From an uncultured Acidimicrobiales bacterium (lineage in GTDB: Bacteria > Actinomycetota > Acidimicrobiia > Acidimicrobiales > SHLQ01), in assembly GCA_937934655.1 (NCBI GenBank), contig CALGZB010000058.1, forward strand, positions 6,579 through 70,578: a DNA stretch of 64,000 nt, in the 5' to 3' direction. This document shows, in pieces, positions 27,441 to 36,218 of this stretch. The notes under the pieces were generated by a model. That model did not search any database, was not told the DNA's origin, and was given only the letters and a program-made list of their open reading frames with translations. Position 1 is the first letter of the stretch, and each line of letters begins with the position of its first letter. A program made the translations under genes and the position numbers.

Positions 27441-27504
27441 AGATCGACACTACCGGAAACCACATCGATTTCGTCAGAACGTGCAGGTCCTAGACCCGAG
27501 CGAC

Positions 27505-28263
27505 CTATCTTCGATCAGCAAGAAAGGGAAAAGTCGTCCGGGTCTGGGCAACAATCTGCGGGTCGACGGTGGCCCGCAAAATCGCCTCATCAGTGCCGGC
27601 CTGAGCCAGTACTTCTCCCAAAGGCGAGAAGATACGGCTATCGCCGCTATACCGGAGCCCCCCACCGGCGCCCACTCGATTGATGCCCACAACGTACGCC
27701 TGGTTCTCAATAGCTCGGGCCGCCAACAACCCCAGCCAGTGCTCGCGGCGCGCTTCGGGCCAGTTCGCCACGACCAGATACAGATCGGTCTGTGTGGCAA
27801 CGTCCCAGAATTCGGGGGCGAACCGAAGGTCGTAACAAATAAATGGCGACACGCGCACGTCTCCAACCAAAAGAGGCGTTGTCCCCGAACCGGCGTCATA
27901 GAACTCGTGTTCGCCGGCAAACGAGAACGGATGGGTCTTGGTGTATCGATCAACCGATCCGTCCGGCGAGACCATCATGAACTGGTTGACCGGTCGCTCG
28001 AAGTCGGCATCGACCGCCGGCCGCGACGCTGCAATACGAACCCCATGCTCCGCCGCCTGAGACCGGAGAAACGATTCGGTAGGGCCGTCGGCGGGTTCCG
28101 CCAACCGGCTCGCCTCCATCGAAAAACCGGTGGCAAACATTTCGCTGAGGACAACCAGGTCAGCGTCGACAGCTGCTTCAGCAATAAGCGGACCCAGCCG
28201 GGCGAAGTTCTGCTCCGGATCTTCCCAAAAGATGTCGTGCTGCACACCGGCGATTCGAAGCAT
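27505..28263 (-). CDS. Carbon-nitrogen hydrolase (nitrilase/omega-amidase superfamily)
   Basis: LVVLSEMFATGF (catalytic Glu), a Lys region, and PFICYDLRFAPEF (catalytic Cys). Confidence 0.8.
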   Translation of the reverse strand: MLRIAGVQHDIFWEDPEQNFARLGPLIAEAAVDADLVVLSEMFATGFSMEASRLAEPADGPTESFLRSQAAEHGVRIAASRPAVDADFERPVNQFMMVSPDGSVDRYTKTHPFSFAGEHEFYDAGSGTTPLLVGDVRVSPFICYDLRFAPEFWDVATQTDLYLVVANWPEARREHWLGLLAARAIENQAYVVGINRVGAGGGLRYSGDSRIFSPLGEVLAQAGTDEAILRATVDPQIVAQTRTTFPFLADRR

Positions 28264-28368
28264 GAGACAACCCTACAAAACGACGACCGCCGAACCCGGA
28301 CTGGATGTACCAGCGCGGATCCGGCGGATCGCTTGCATGTGTTTTCGGTGCGTACCGGTCGGTGACGC

Positions 28369-30384
28369 TTAACGCTTGAGCTTGCAGCTCTTCATCGTGC
28401 CCTTGTCCTTGCTGAGACCAAAGGCATTGGAGAAGCAAATGTCTCGGTTGCCCTTCCCGCCGATAAGCGTGTCCTTGCCACCGTTGCCGCAGAGGATGTC
28501 GTTGCCACCCAGGCCTTCGATGCGGTCGTTGCCGTTGAAGCCGACGATGACATCGGAGCGGTTGGTGCCCTTCAATTTGTCAGCCTTGTTGGTACCCATG
28601 ATTGTGGCGAGTCGCCCACCGCATGGTGCGCTCGGAGCAATTGCCTCACCGTAACCAAAGGTCGAATCAGGGCCCTTCGTTCCACGGTCGACCGCATAGC
28701 GGGTGAGGAACGCCTCGAGCTGGGCTGGGGTGGTAGCGAGTCGAGCCGACAAGACCAGGGCTGCGTAACCGGCAACCGCTGGCGTCGCTGCGCTCGTCCC
28801 ATTGAAACAGGTATTGCCGTACGCCACGGTCTGTACGCAAGATGCGCCCGAGATTCGAGGAGTGATCCGACCATCGTTGGTTGGACCCTGCGAGCTGTAG
28901 GCAGCAATCGCCTTGCCGCGAGCAGGATCGATAGCACCGACACCCATCACGCCAGGGATCTTGCTATCGACGATCGGCACTGCGGCTGAGTATGCATCCT
29001 GCCAGTACTCGAGAACGCCATTGCCGACCATGATCTCGATGATGTCGCCATTCGAGCCGTTCCCGACTGCCGACCGCTGGAGAAACAGGAAGCCCGGTTC
29101 GCCGGTGTTGCAGTTGGAACCCTGAGCATATTCGAGCGGAAGTTGGCCGTTTGCGCCCTGTGGATCTTCGCCGGTGCTCACGAGCTGGTTGTTGAGGTTC
29201 ACCACGGCGATGTCGTAGTCGGTGGCGTTGGTTGCCGAGAACTGGAACTTGTTCGACGTGGTCGTGAAGTCGTTCCAGCGGGTCGAAATGACTCCGGCCG
29301 AGCAGGAGAAGAAGCCCAACGACTCATCGCCGGGAGCGAACTCGTGGAAGCCGTTGCCATCGGTGTCGGTGAAGACGCCGCGGTAGTAGATGCCATCGCG
29401 TTGCTGGGCTTCATTGCCGCCCGAGTTACCTGCGGCGGCGAAGAATGCCACGCCATTTGCTGCTGCTTTGGCCGCAATAGCGTTTTCGACACCCCGACCA
29501 TCGCCGGGCGAACGGAAGGCAATGCCACCCTGGGACATCGAGATGATGTCGGCGCCTTGGGCAATGGCCCAGTTGGTAGCGGCGATGACGTCGTTGGTGC
29601 GTCGAGCGGTTGCCAGGTAGAGCTCAGCGGAAGGCGCAAGTTCGTGGATGATCTCGGCAACGCCGACTCCGTGTTGGGCCGTCGCTCCGTTCACGGTCCA
29701 GATCTTGCAGGCTTGGCCGCCGTCGCGACAGAAGGTCTTCTTTGGCTTCGGCACGTCTTTCGAGCGTTGCGACTTGGTCCACGTGGTTCCGCCGAACGCA
29801 TCGATGATGACGATCTTGACGCCTTTGCCCGTGGTGCCAGCTTGATGCCAACGGGTGGCCCCGATCTTGGCGATCTGTTCGCCCTTGACCTGACCCTTGT
29901 TGGCGTTCGTCGAAAGCGACGGAATAACCCCAAGGACACCATCGATGTTGTTGATATCCGCGAGGATGAGCTGGTTGACCTTGGCGTGAACAGCGAGTCC
30001 TTCGCTGATGCCTTCAACCGAGCCGCCCAAGGCTTCGACCTGCGCAGCGACACCTTCGGTGTCGGTTGTTAGCACTTCGACCAGAAGCGAGCCGTCGGCC
30101 GCTTGGAGCCCACTGAATTGTGATGCCGCCACACCTGGTGCAGCTGCTGACGCTGCCGAGATGTCAAAGTCGCCGGCCAGGTCGGCTGAGTTGATTCCCG
30201 AGAAGTCCGGTTCGACCTCCCCTGATGCCGTGGCGGTGGATGGCGAGACCGAAAGCATCGCTGCCACCATCGCCAAAACCGTTACTAGTAGCACGGCAGC
30301 TTTCGCTGCACCCGCCGTTGCCAGCCGTTCACTCATCGTTCGCCCACGCTTTCTGTTGGTATGCGCCGTCGCCAACGGTCGCAT
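28369..30384 (-). CDS. Secreted S8 (subtilisin-like) serine peptidase with C-terminal RTX-type calcium-binding repeats
   Basis: Triad contexts: KIVIIDAFGG, HGVGVAEIIHE and NGTSAATPAVAGYAAL. C-terminus: GTNRSDVIVGFNGNDRIEGLGGNDILCGNGGKDTLIGGKGNRD. Start is set at ATG 30384, preceded by GGGGGAG (alternative ATG 30336). The 974-aa track ORF is an over-extension. Confidence 0.8.
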   Translation of the reverse strand: MRPLATAHTNRKRGRTMSERLATAGAAKAAVLLVTVLAMVAAMLSVSPSTATASGEVEPDFSGINSADLAGDFDISAASAAAPGVAASQFSGLQAADGSLLVEVLTTDTEGVAAQVEALGGSVEGISEGLAVHAKVNQLILADINNIDGVLGVIPSLSTNANKGQVKGEQIAKIGATRWHQAGTTGKGVKIVIIDAFGGTTWTKSQRSKDVPKPKKTFCRDGGQACKIWTVNGATAQHGVGVAEIIHELAPSAELYLATARRTNDVIAATNWAIAQGADIISMSQGGIAFRSPGDGRGVENAIAAKAAANGVAFFAAAGNSGGNEAQQRDGIYYRGVFTDTDGNGFHEFAPGDESLGFFSCSAGVISTRWNDFTTTSNKFQFSATNATDYDIAVVNLNNQLVSTGEDPQGANGQLPLEYAQGSNCNTGEPGFLFLQRSAVGNGSNGDIIEIMVGNGVLEYWQDAYSAAVPIVDSKIPGVMGVGAIDPARGKAIAAYSSQGPTNDGRITPRISGASCVQTVAYGNTCFNGTSAATPAVAGYAALVLSARLATTPAQLEAFLTRYAVDRGTKGPDSTFGYGEAIAPSAPCGGRLATIMGTNKADKLKGTNRSDVIVGFNGNDRIEGLGGNDILCGNGGKDTLIGGKGNRDICFSNAFGLSKDKGTMKSCKLKR

Positions 30385-30714
30385 TTTCTCCCCCACCGGT
30401 GGCTGCCAGCTTGGCAGCTTCTGTCCGGTGACGCCATCTCGACTTCTTTCCACAGCGGCTGCGGAACGAGTGTCAAACTCGAGACAGGTATCACTTTTCC
30501 AAGCATTTGGAGGAAAAACAAACGCGGACAGTGTTTTTTCTCCGTCGTTTGGTTGACTCCCCTTCGGAAATCCACTCGTGTTCTCTTGTTCGCCCATGAC
30601 GTCCTCGCTCGCATTTGGTTGGTGTGTTCGGATTGCTCCACCTCTGAGATGCGCCCACTTGTCGGGAAAGTTTCGGCGTCGCCAAGTTTCTTTTCCGCAA
30701 ACTAGAGTGCTGCT

Positions 30715-31566
30715 GTGAGTGAACTTTCTTGGAGTAACGACGCCGCGAGCAGCGCCCGCCGACCCATCGTTGTGGCCGCATTCGCCGGCTATTTCAACGC
30801 CGGTGGGGCCGCAACGGCAGCCATCGACTGGCTCCATGAGCAACACGACCCGGACGAACTGGCCATTATCGACCCCGAGACCTTCTTCGACTTCCAACAA
30901 GAACGGCCGCAGGTCCGGTTGGTCGAGGGAAAGCGCATCATCGACTGGCCCGACACTCGTTGTTATGCCCTTAGCCCCGGTGAAGAACACGATGTTCTTA
31001 CGATTACCGGCGTCGAACCCCATCTCCGCTGGCGCACCTTCGCCGAACAAGTCGTCGAGATCGGCCGAGAAACCGGCGCCGAGCTCTTCGTAACCCTCGG
31101 AGCAGCCCCGGGCGTTGTGCCCCACACCAGGCCTATCGAAGTGGTGGGCAGCGCCACCGATGCCGAACTCGCGTTGCGTCTTGGTCTTGGTCGGCCGAGC
31201 TACGAGGGGCCAAGCGGCGTCATGGGCGTTCTCCACGACGCCATCGACTCGGCCGGAATGCCGGTGATATCGCTTCGCGTCTCGGTACCGCACTACGTCA
31301 TGGGCGAGCCCAGCCCGAAAGCCACCCAGGCGCTACTTCGGAAGCTCGAGCAGGTCACGGGCGTGCCAACCAACGGCGACGGACTCGACCAGCAGGCCAA
31401 GAGCTGGCAATCGATGGTCGATGCTGCCGTGGTCAATGATCCCGAAGTTCTGTCCTATGTGGGCGAACTCGAAGCGACATTCGACGCGAAAGACTCCCTC
31501 GACATCACCGTCGACTTGGCCGCCGAGGTCGAGAACTTTCTGCGCGAACGCAACGAAGGCAACTAA
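30715..31566 (+). CDS. PAC2 (proteasome assembly chaperone 2-like) family protein
   Basis: PIVVAAFAGYFNAGGAATAAIDWL, a later GVEPHLRW, and an acidic C-terminal tail are typical of the actinobacterial PAC2 family. Confidence 0.7.
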   Translation: MSELSWSNDAASSARRPIVVAAFAGYFNAGGAATAAIDWLHEQHDPDELAIIDPETFFDFQQERPQVRLVEGKRIIDWPDTRCYALSPGEEHDVLTITGVEPHLRWRTFAEQVVEIGRETGAELFVTLGAAPGVVPHTRPIEVVGSATDAELALRLGLGRPSYEGPSGVMGVLHDAIDSAGMPVISLRVSVPHYVMGEPSPKATQALLRKLEQVTGVPTNGDGLDQQAKSWQSMVDAAVVNDPEVLSYVGELEATFDAKDSLDITVDLAAEVENFLRERNEGN

Positions 31567-34500
31567 CGAGCCAGTTGCAGTTCGTCAACGTCGCCGTTCT
31601 GGACCAGCACTCCCCTCCCGGGAATCGCTGGCGTCGTGGTTCGGCTTGGCAGGTCGATACCCACCACGTCGCCGTCGAGAATGTCGGGCCACAACAACAC
31701 ACCACGTCGAGTCTGTTTGAACTCGTTCGTCCAGTGGCCGTACGCCGAACGAAGAAGATCGACCCGCCCCGCTGCGATGAGATGGACCGGGCTGTCTCGC
31801 TGGGCCAAGAGTTGCATGAACACTTCATGGTCGGAGATCGTCTCGACATCGTCGATGAGCACAACCACACGGCCCGAATGACCCCTGAACGCAGCGAGCG
31901 CCTCGATCGACACCGTCTCGATGCTGCCCGCTGGGCTCTGATCGCCCAACCACCGCACCACACAATCGGCCGAGTCCATCAGCTGCCACGCAATGCTCAA
32001 CAGCGCCGAGGTTTTGCCACTGCGGCCAGGTCCAACGACGAGTGCATGGTCGCCTCTGGCAAGCGAAAACCCTGCCGTCACCAGATCGGCGCTCCGTAAT
32101 CCAAGCGGGATCCAAAGGCGGTCGCCGTCGAGCGAAGCCTTTGGGGTCAGTGTCGTTCGGGAGAGTTCGTTCTCGAGAATCCCAACCACCAGTGGTGGAT
32201 GTTTGGCCGGCTCATGGGAGGCCGCCACTTCGACGTCAGCGTCATCGCAGAGCGCCACCTGCACCTCGAGGCCGTGCGGAGCAAGGTAGCCACGTCCGGC
32301 CGGCGGGTCGGGGTCGACGGCCCCCAGCACGCCGATCTCCCGCAGTTCTATCGTGTCGCTGGTTCGGAGGTACAGCCGAAACCTAGTGGCCGCCGCAAAG
32401 TGTCGAAGCTCAGTTGGCGTCGAGGCTGACACGAGTGAGTACACCCCGACCGAAGGCCCATCGAGATAGATGGTGTCGAGAAGGTCGAGCAGGTCGTACC
32501 GGTCGTCGTTTTCTCGACGGAACGTGTCGAGCCCGTCGAGCACTAAGAGGATTGGCGGGCCCGGTGCTTCGGTACCGGCTTTGCGCACCTTGATCTCGCG
32601 AGCCAGCAGGTCCAAGAGCCGTCGTTGTCGTTCGAATTCGACCGGGCCGACCACCGCTCCTACGTGCGGGATCGCGGCCAGGTCGCCAAACTCGCCCCGA
32701 CCAAGATCGAGCACGTAGAGATGCAGTTGGTCGGGGGTGAACTTTTGACACGCCGCAATGACCAAGGTGCGAAGCGTGCTGGTTCGGCCGCTCTTGGCGG
32801 TGCCAGCGACAAACCCGTTGCCAGCGGTGGGATTCCACTGCGCCGCAATCTTCTGCTGATTGCCGGGATCATCGACTTCGCCAAAGAGCGCACCGATTTC
32901 GTCGAACGGTGCGTATCGACGACGGACCTCGCCGAGCAACAGCGTGGTGTCGAGAGGCGCAGGCCACGGACAGCGAGGGTCGGTGAACCCTTGCGCACGA
33001 TGCACCTCGGCGATCGACTCGACAAGCACGTCAAGGTCGGTGCGCGGTTCGGGCTCATTCATCTCAGCCGTTGGTGACAGCGCTGGCACTAGAACCGGCA
33101 GAGTCGGCAGAACCGGCAGAACCGGCAGAGCCGCTAGTGGCAACTGGCCAAAGCCCACCGGCGACACGAAAGCGACGTCGGCTTCCGAGACCGGTCCCGT
33201 GGCGAGGGCAGACTGAAAGTTCACCAACTGGCCAGGCCCTAAGCGGAGGCACGCCCGCCCCGGGGCATCTCTGCCAATCGAGGCGGCGGCGTCGGTGCCG
33301 ATCACGTCGACCGAATCCACCGAATCCAGCATGCGCAGCGCAATCCGCAGGTTGGTATTGGTTCGAATGTTGTCGTTGATCGACCCGCTCGGACGTTGTG
33401 TTGCGAGCACCAAATGCACACCGAGACTTCGGCCCCGCTGGGCCACTCCCACCAACGAATCGACAAACTCTGGAAGCTCACTGACCAAGGTCGCAAACTC
33501 ATCGATGACCACGACCAGACGCGGAAGAGGTTCGAGTGCGGCATTGCCATCGCGGCGGCGTCGATACGACTCGATCGAGTCGGCGCCCGACTTCCGCAGG
33601 AGCCGCTCGCGGTACTCGAGTTCGGCATTGAGACACCGCAAGGCGCGCTCGCTCAGTTGCGGATCGAGATCGGTAACGACGCCGACGGTGTGCGGCAGAT
33701 CGGCGCATCGATCGAAGGCGCTTCCGCCCTTGTAGTCGATAAGAAGAAAGGCCAGATGTTCGGCATCCGCCGACGCCGACATCGAGGCGATCATCGATCG
33801 GAGGAGTTCGCTCTTTCCCGAACCGGTCGTTCCGCCGATGAGCGCGTGCGGTCCATCGGTGACGAGGTCGACGACAACCGGCCCGTGTTCGTCGCTGCCG
33901 ATCGGGGTCGGCAAACCAGGGTTGTTTCGACACATGGCCCAGCGGCGGGCGATGGTGTTTGGGTCAATCGGCCCGCCAAGCACCGACCCGAGCGAGACTC
34001 GGTTGGGAATTCCGGCTCCGGCCGCACTGACCTCGGGGTCGTCGAACCGGGCGAGTGCCGATGCCAAGGCCCAACCGGTGGCGCTCGACATTCCATCGAG
34101 GACTACCTCGACAGGTGACTTCACTTTGCTCGGGTCGACGAGAAGGCCGATGCCGTCGTCGCCGGCCGTTTCGATGACCACCGAGGTTTGAGACGGGAAC
34201 CAATCGAGACTCTCGGCAATGACGACAAGTGCACAACCATCGAGACCGGCCAGCGCTCGAACCGCGGCATGGCGTCCAGCGTGGAACTCGGGGCCATCGA
34301 CGATCACGACGGTACGAAACGACGACTCGGTCCCATGTTGCCGGGCCACGATGTCGGCTGCCGCAGCCACGGTTGTGGCGATGAGGGGTTTGTTGGTCGC
34401 CGATCGCCGGTCGGCCACATGGGGAAGTAGCCCAACCCAGCCCCAAGCCTCGGATTGATCAGCAGAGCACAGCACGACGAGTTCGACATCGGCGGGACCT

Positions 34501-35777
34501 TGGTTACAAACGACGTTGCCAACAAAGGACCGCACCACCGACTGGGCCACACTGCGCCGTCCGGTGACGCCGGTGACCGATCCCGACTCGAGGGAGACTT
34601 CAACCGGCACGTTTTGAAGCATGCCGACTCGATCGAGTAGCTCGACCACCTCGGGTTCGGCCGGCGCTTTGGGCGTTGACTGGACCTCCGGCGGCTGCGT
34701 CACGGCCGTGTCGAGGCGAAGATGGCCATGGCCGACCGTTACCTCGAGGAAGTCGGCGTGGCCGGGACGGCGCTCCCAAAGGTGGACACTTGGAGCGCTT
34801 GCCCGGCGACGCAGCTCGGCAAGATCGACGTGGCGGTCCTCGCGTCGCTGCCGCTCATGAACAAGACGGCTGCGGAGATCCGCCTCGAAGCGCTCGAGGT
34901 TTTGGGCAAAGGCCTTCTCGATCTGTTTGTGCTCGCGCCGAAGCCGATGTTTGTCCTCCCAGAGGTTCATCAGAGACATGATCGGACTCAAAATCATGAA
35001 CAACGCATAGAGCGGATTCCACAACAATGCCATCGCCACACCCATGATGAGCGGCGCCACAATCACCGCCCACGAGAACCGTGGCCGGTAGTGCTCGGGG
35101 CTTTTCCGAACGGGCAGTTCCAGCGGCACCGGAGACTCCGGCAACTCCTGACGGGGCATTCGGTTGAACACCAAGAGTGTTCCCGTTCCCGCATGCGTGC
35201 GCTGGGCGGCCAAGTGATGTGGAGCGTCCAACGATGGCCGGCGGGCCCGCACCGTGGCCGATCCGAGGCGCACTGCTTGGCCCCATGCCAGCGGCTCGAT
35301 CTGGTCGACCTTGCGGTCGTCAACCCGTACACCGTTGACAGATCCGACGTCGGCAATCGCCAGCGCTCCGGCGTTGGACACCTCAAGGCGGGCATGACGC
35401 CGAGAGACCGTTGGCAGACCCACGACCACGTCGGCGAACTCCGACCGTCCAACCAAATACCGACCCGGCTGGATCATCTGACGAATTCCCGAGTCGAGGC
35501 CGGCAACCACGTCGATGGATCCCAACGATGCACGTTGTCGGAAGGCTTCGGACAGCTCCGCGAGCCGCGAGCCCGGGTGGAGAGGCAGAGAAGCGAGGCG
35601 ATCGTCACGCCGAACCGGCACCCCGTCGACGCTGACGACATCCCCGAACCCCGCCGTTGCAGGCAGGGCGTCCAGGACATCACCGACGGTCTCGCCGGAC
35701 TGGGTACGACCATCGTCGGTTGCCAGCGATAGCGCCACAATCAGCGGACCGTCTCTGGTATCGACAACGATCTTCAT
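31563..35777 (-). CDS. EssC/EccC-like type VII secretion ATPase: beta-grasp-like N-terminus, FHA domain, 2 TM helices, three FtsK/SpoIIIE P-loop domains
   Basis: FHA: GRYLVGRSEFADVVVGLPTVSRRHARLEV...VNGVRV. TM: FSWAVIVAPLIMGVAMALLWNPLYALFMILSPIMSL. Walker A motifs: GGTTGSGKSE, GTAKSGRTS and GPGRSGKTS. Walker B-like motifs: VVVIDEF, LLVLDGLD and VVLIDDVE. Confidence 0.85.
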   Translation of the reverse strand: MKIVVDTRDGPLIVALSLATDDGRTQSGETVGDVLDALPATAGFGDVVSVDGVPVRRDDRLASLPLHPGSRLAELSEAFRQRASLGSIDVVAGLDSGIRQMIQPGRYLVGRSEFADVVVGLPTVSRRHARLEVSNAGALAIADVGSVNGVRVDDRKVDQIEPLAWGQAVRLGSATVRARRPSLDAPHHLAAQRTHAGTGTLLVFNRMPRQELPESPVPLELPVRKSPEHYRPRFSWAVIVAPLIMGVAMALLWNPLYALFMILSPIMSLMNLWEDKHRLRREHKQIEKAFAQNLERFEADLRSRLVHERQRREDRHVDLAELRRRASAPSVHLWERRPGHADFLEVTVGHGHLRLDTAVTQPPEVQSTPKAPAEPEVVELLDRVGMLQNVPVEVSLESGSVTGVTGRRSVAQSVVRSFVGNVVCNQGPADVELVVLCSADQSEAWGWVGLLPHVADRRSATNKPLIATTVAAAADIVARQHGTESSFRTVVIVDGPEFHAGRHAAVRALAGLDGCALVVIAESLDWFPSQTSVVIETAGDDGIGLLVDPSKVKSPVEVVLDGMSSATGWALASALARFDDPEVSAAGAGIPNRVSLGSVLGGPIDPNTIARRWAMCRNNPGLPTPIGSDEHGPVVVDLVTDGPHALIGGTTGSGKSELLRSMIASMSASADAEHLAFLLIDYKGGSAFDRCADLPHTVGVVTDLDPQLSERALRCLNAELEYRERLLRKSGADSIESYRRRRDGNAALEPLPRLVVVIDEFATLVSELPEFVDSLVGVAQRGRSLGVHLVLATQRPSGSINDNIRTNTNLRIALRMLDSVDSVDVIGTDAAASIGRDAPGRACLRLGPGQLVNFQSALATGPVSEADVAFVSPVGFGQLPLAALPVLPVLPTLPVLVPALSPTAEMNEPEPRTDLDVLVESIAEVHRAQGFTDPRCPWPAPLDTTLLLGEVRRRYAPFDEIGALFGEVDDPGNQQKIAAQWNPTAGNGFVAGTAKSGRTSTLRTLVIAACQKFTPDQLHLYVLDLGRGEFGDLAAIPHVGAVVGPVEFERQRRLLDLLAREIKVRKAGTEAPGPPILLVLDGLDTFRRENDDRYDLLDLLDTIYLDGPSVGVYSLVSASTPTELRHFAAATRFRLYLRTSDTIELREIGVLGAVDPDPPAGRGYLAPHGLEVQVALCDDADVEVAASHEPAKHPPLVVGILENELSRTTLTPKASLDGDRLWIPLGLRSADLVTAGFSLARGDHALVVGPGRSGKTSALLSIAWQLMDSADCVVRWLGDQSPAGSIETVSIEALAAFRGHSGRVVVLIDDVETISDHEVFMQLLAQRDSPVHLIAAGRVDLLRSAYGHWTNEFKQTRRGVLLWPDILDGDVVGIDLPSRTTTPAIPGRGVLVQNGDVDELQLAR

Positions 35778-35843
35778 GCCGGTACCTCATCGAGATGATT
35801 GCGCCTCGTTCTCTGTACCTCTCCCATGCCGAGCTCTCCCCCC

Positions 35844-36116
35844 TTAGGAATCCATTGCCGTTACGGCATTGGCTCGCTCCTTGCCGATAAACGCCCCGTT
35901 CTCCCGGAGCGCGGCTTGGAGTTTGATGAGGTTGGGAGCGAACTCTGACTCCCAAAGTTGACGAAACTGGCGAGCCCGCCGCCCATCCCAAGTCGTGCCA
36001 GCGAGCAGGCTGTTTAGCGATGTTTGGAGTTGTTCCACCTCGCTGCTGCGAGCCATGAATTCCTTCTTGAGGTTGACCATGTCGGCCTTGTTCATAATCA
36101 GAACTTCGTTACTCAT
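35844..36116 (-). CDS. WXG100 family type VII secretion target
   Basis: About 90 aa and helical, with the central motif TTWDGRRARQFRQLW (W-x-G). Start is set at ATG 36116 (MSNEVLIMNKADM...), preceded by GGAAAGAG. The track start at 36167 is possible. Confidence 0.75.
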   Translation of the reverse strand: MSNEVLIMNKADMVNLKKEFMARSSEVEQLQTSLNSLLAGTTWDGRRARQFRQLWESEFAPNLIKLQAALRENGAFIGKERANAVTAMDS

Positions 36117-36218
36117 TTTTGATGCTCTTTCCGTTTGGTTTGTTATCGATGACTTTTCATCAGTCACGGCATTTCGAGGGGAAGTCGAAAGGCTTTGGTT
36201 GCCGACCTGACCAGCTGG

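Noticed and set aside
30385-30714. A possible known riboswitch (c-di-GMP or c-di-AMP class) in the long protease leader.
   Set aside because: I read both strands and could not find the conserved cores of GEMM-I/II or ydaO-type elements. Only generic hairpins are present. The region is kept as an unexplained long leader, not as a riboswitch call.
28369-31293. A 974-aa ORF that would make the S8 peptidase start at 31293.
   Set aside because: The extra 300 codons or so carry no recognisable domain. They run antisense through the PAC2 gene and across the intergenic region. A signal peptide with a good Shine-Dalgarno sequence (GGGGGAG) begins at ATG 30384. Long open frames of this kind are expected in GC-rich DNA.
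34722-35732. A 336-aa plus-strand ORF within the secretion ATPase gene.
   Set aside because: It is antisense to the FHA/TM region of a clearly coding gene. Its composition is Arg/His-rich nonsense.
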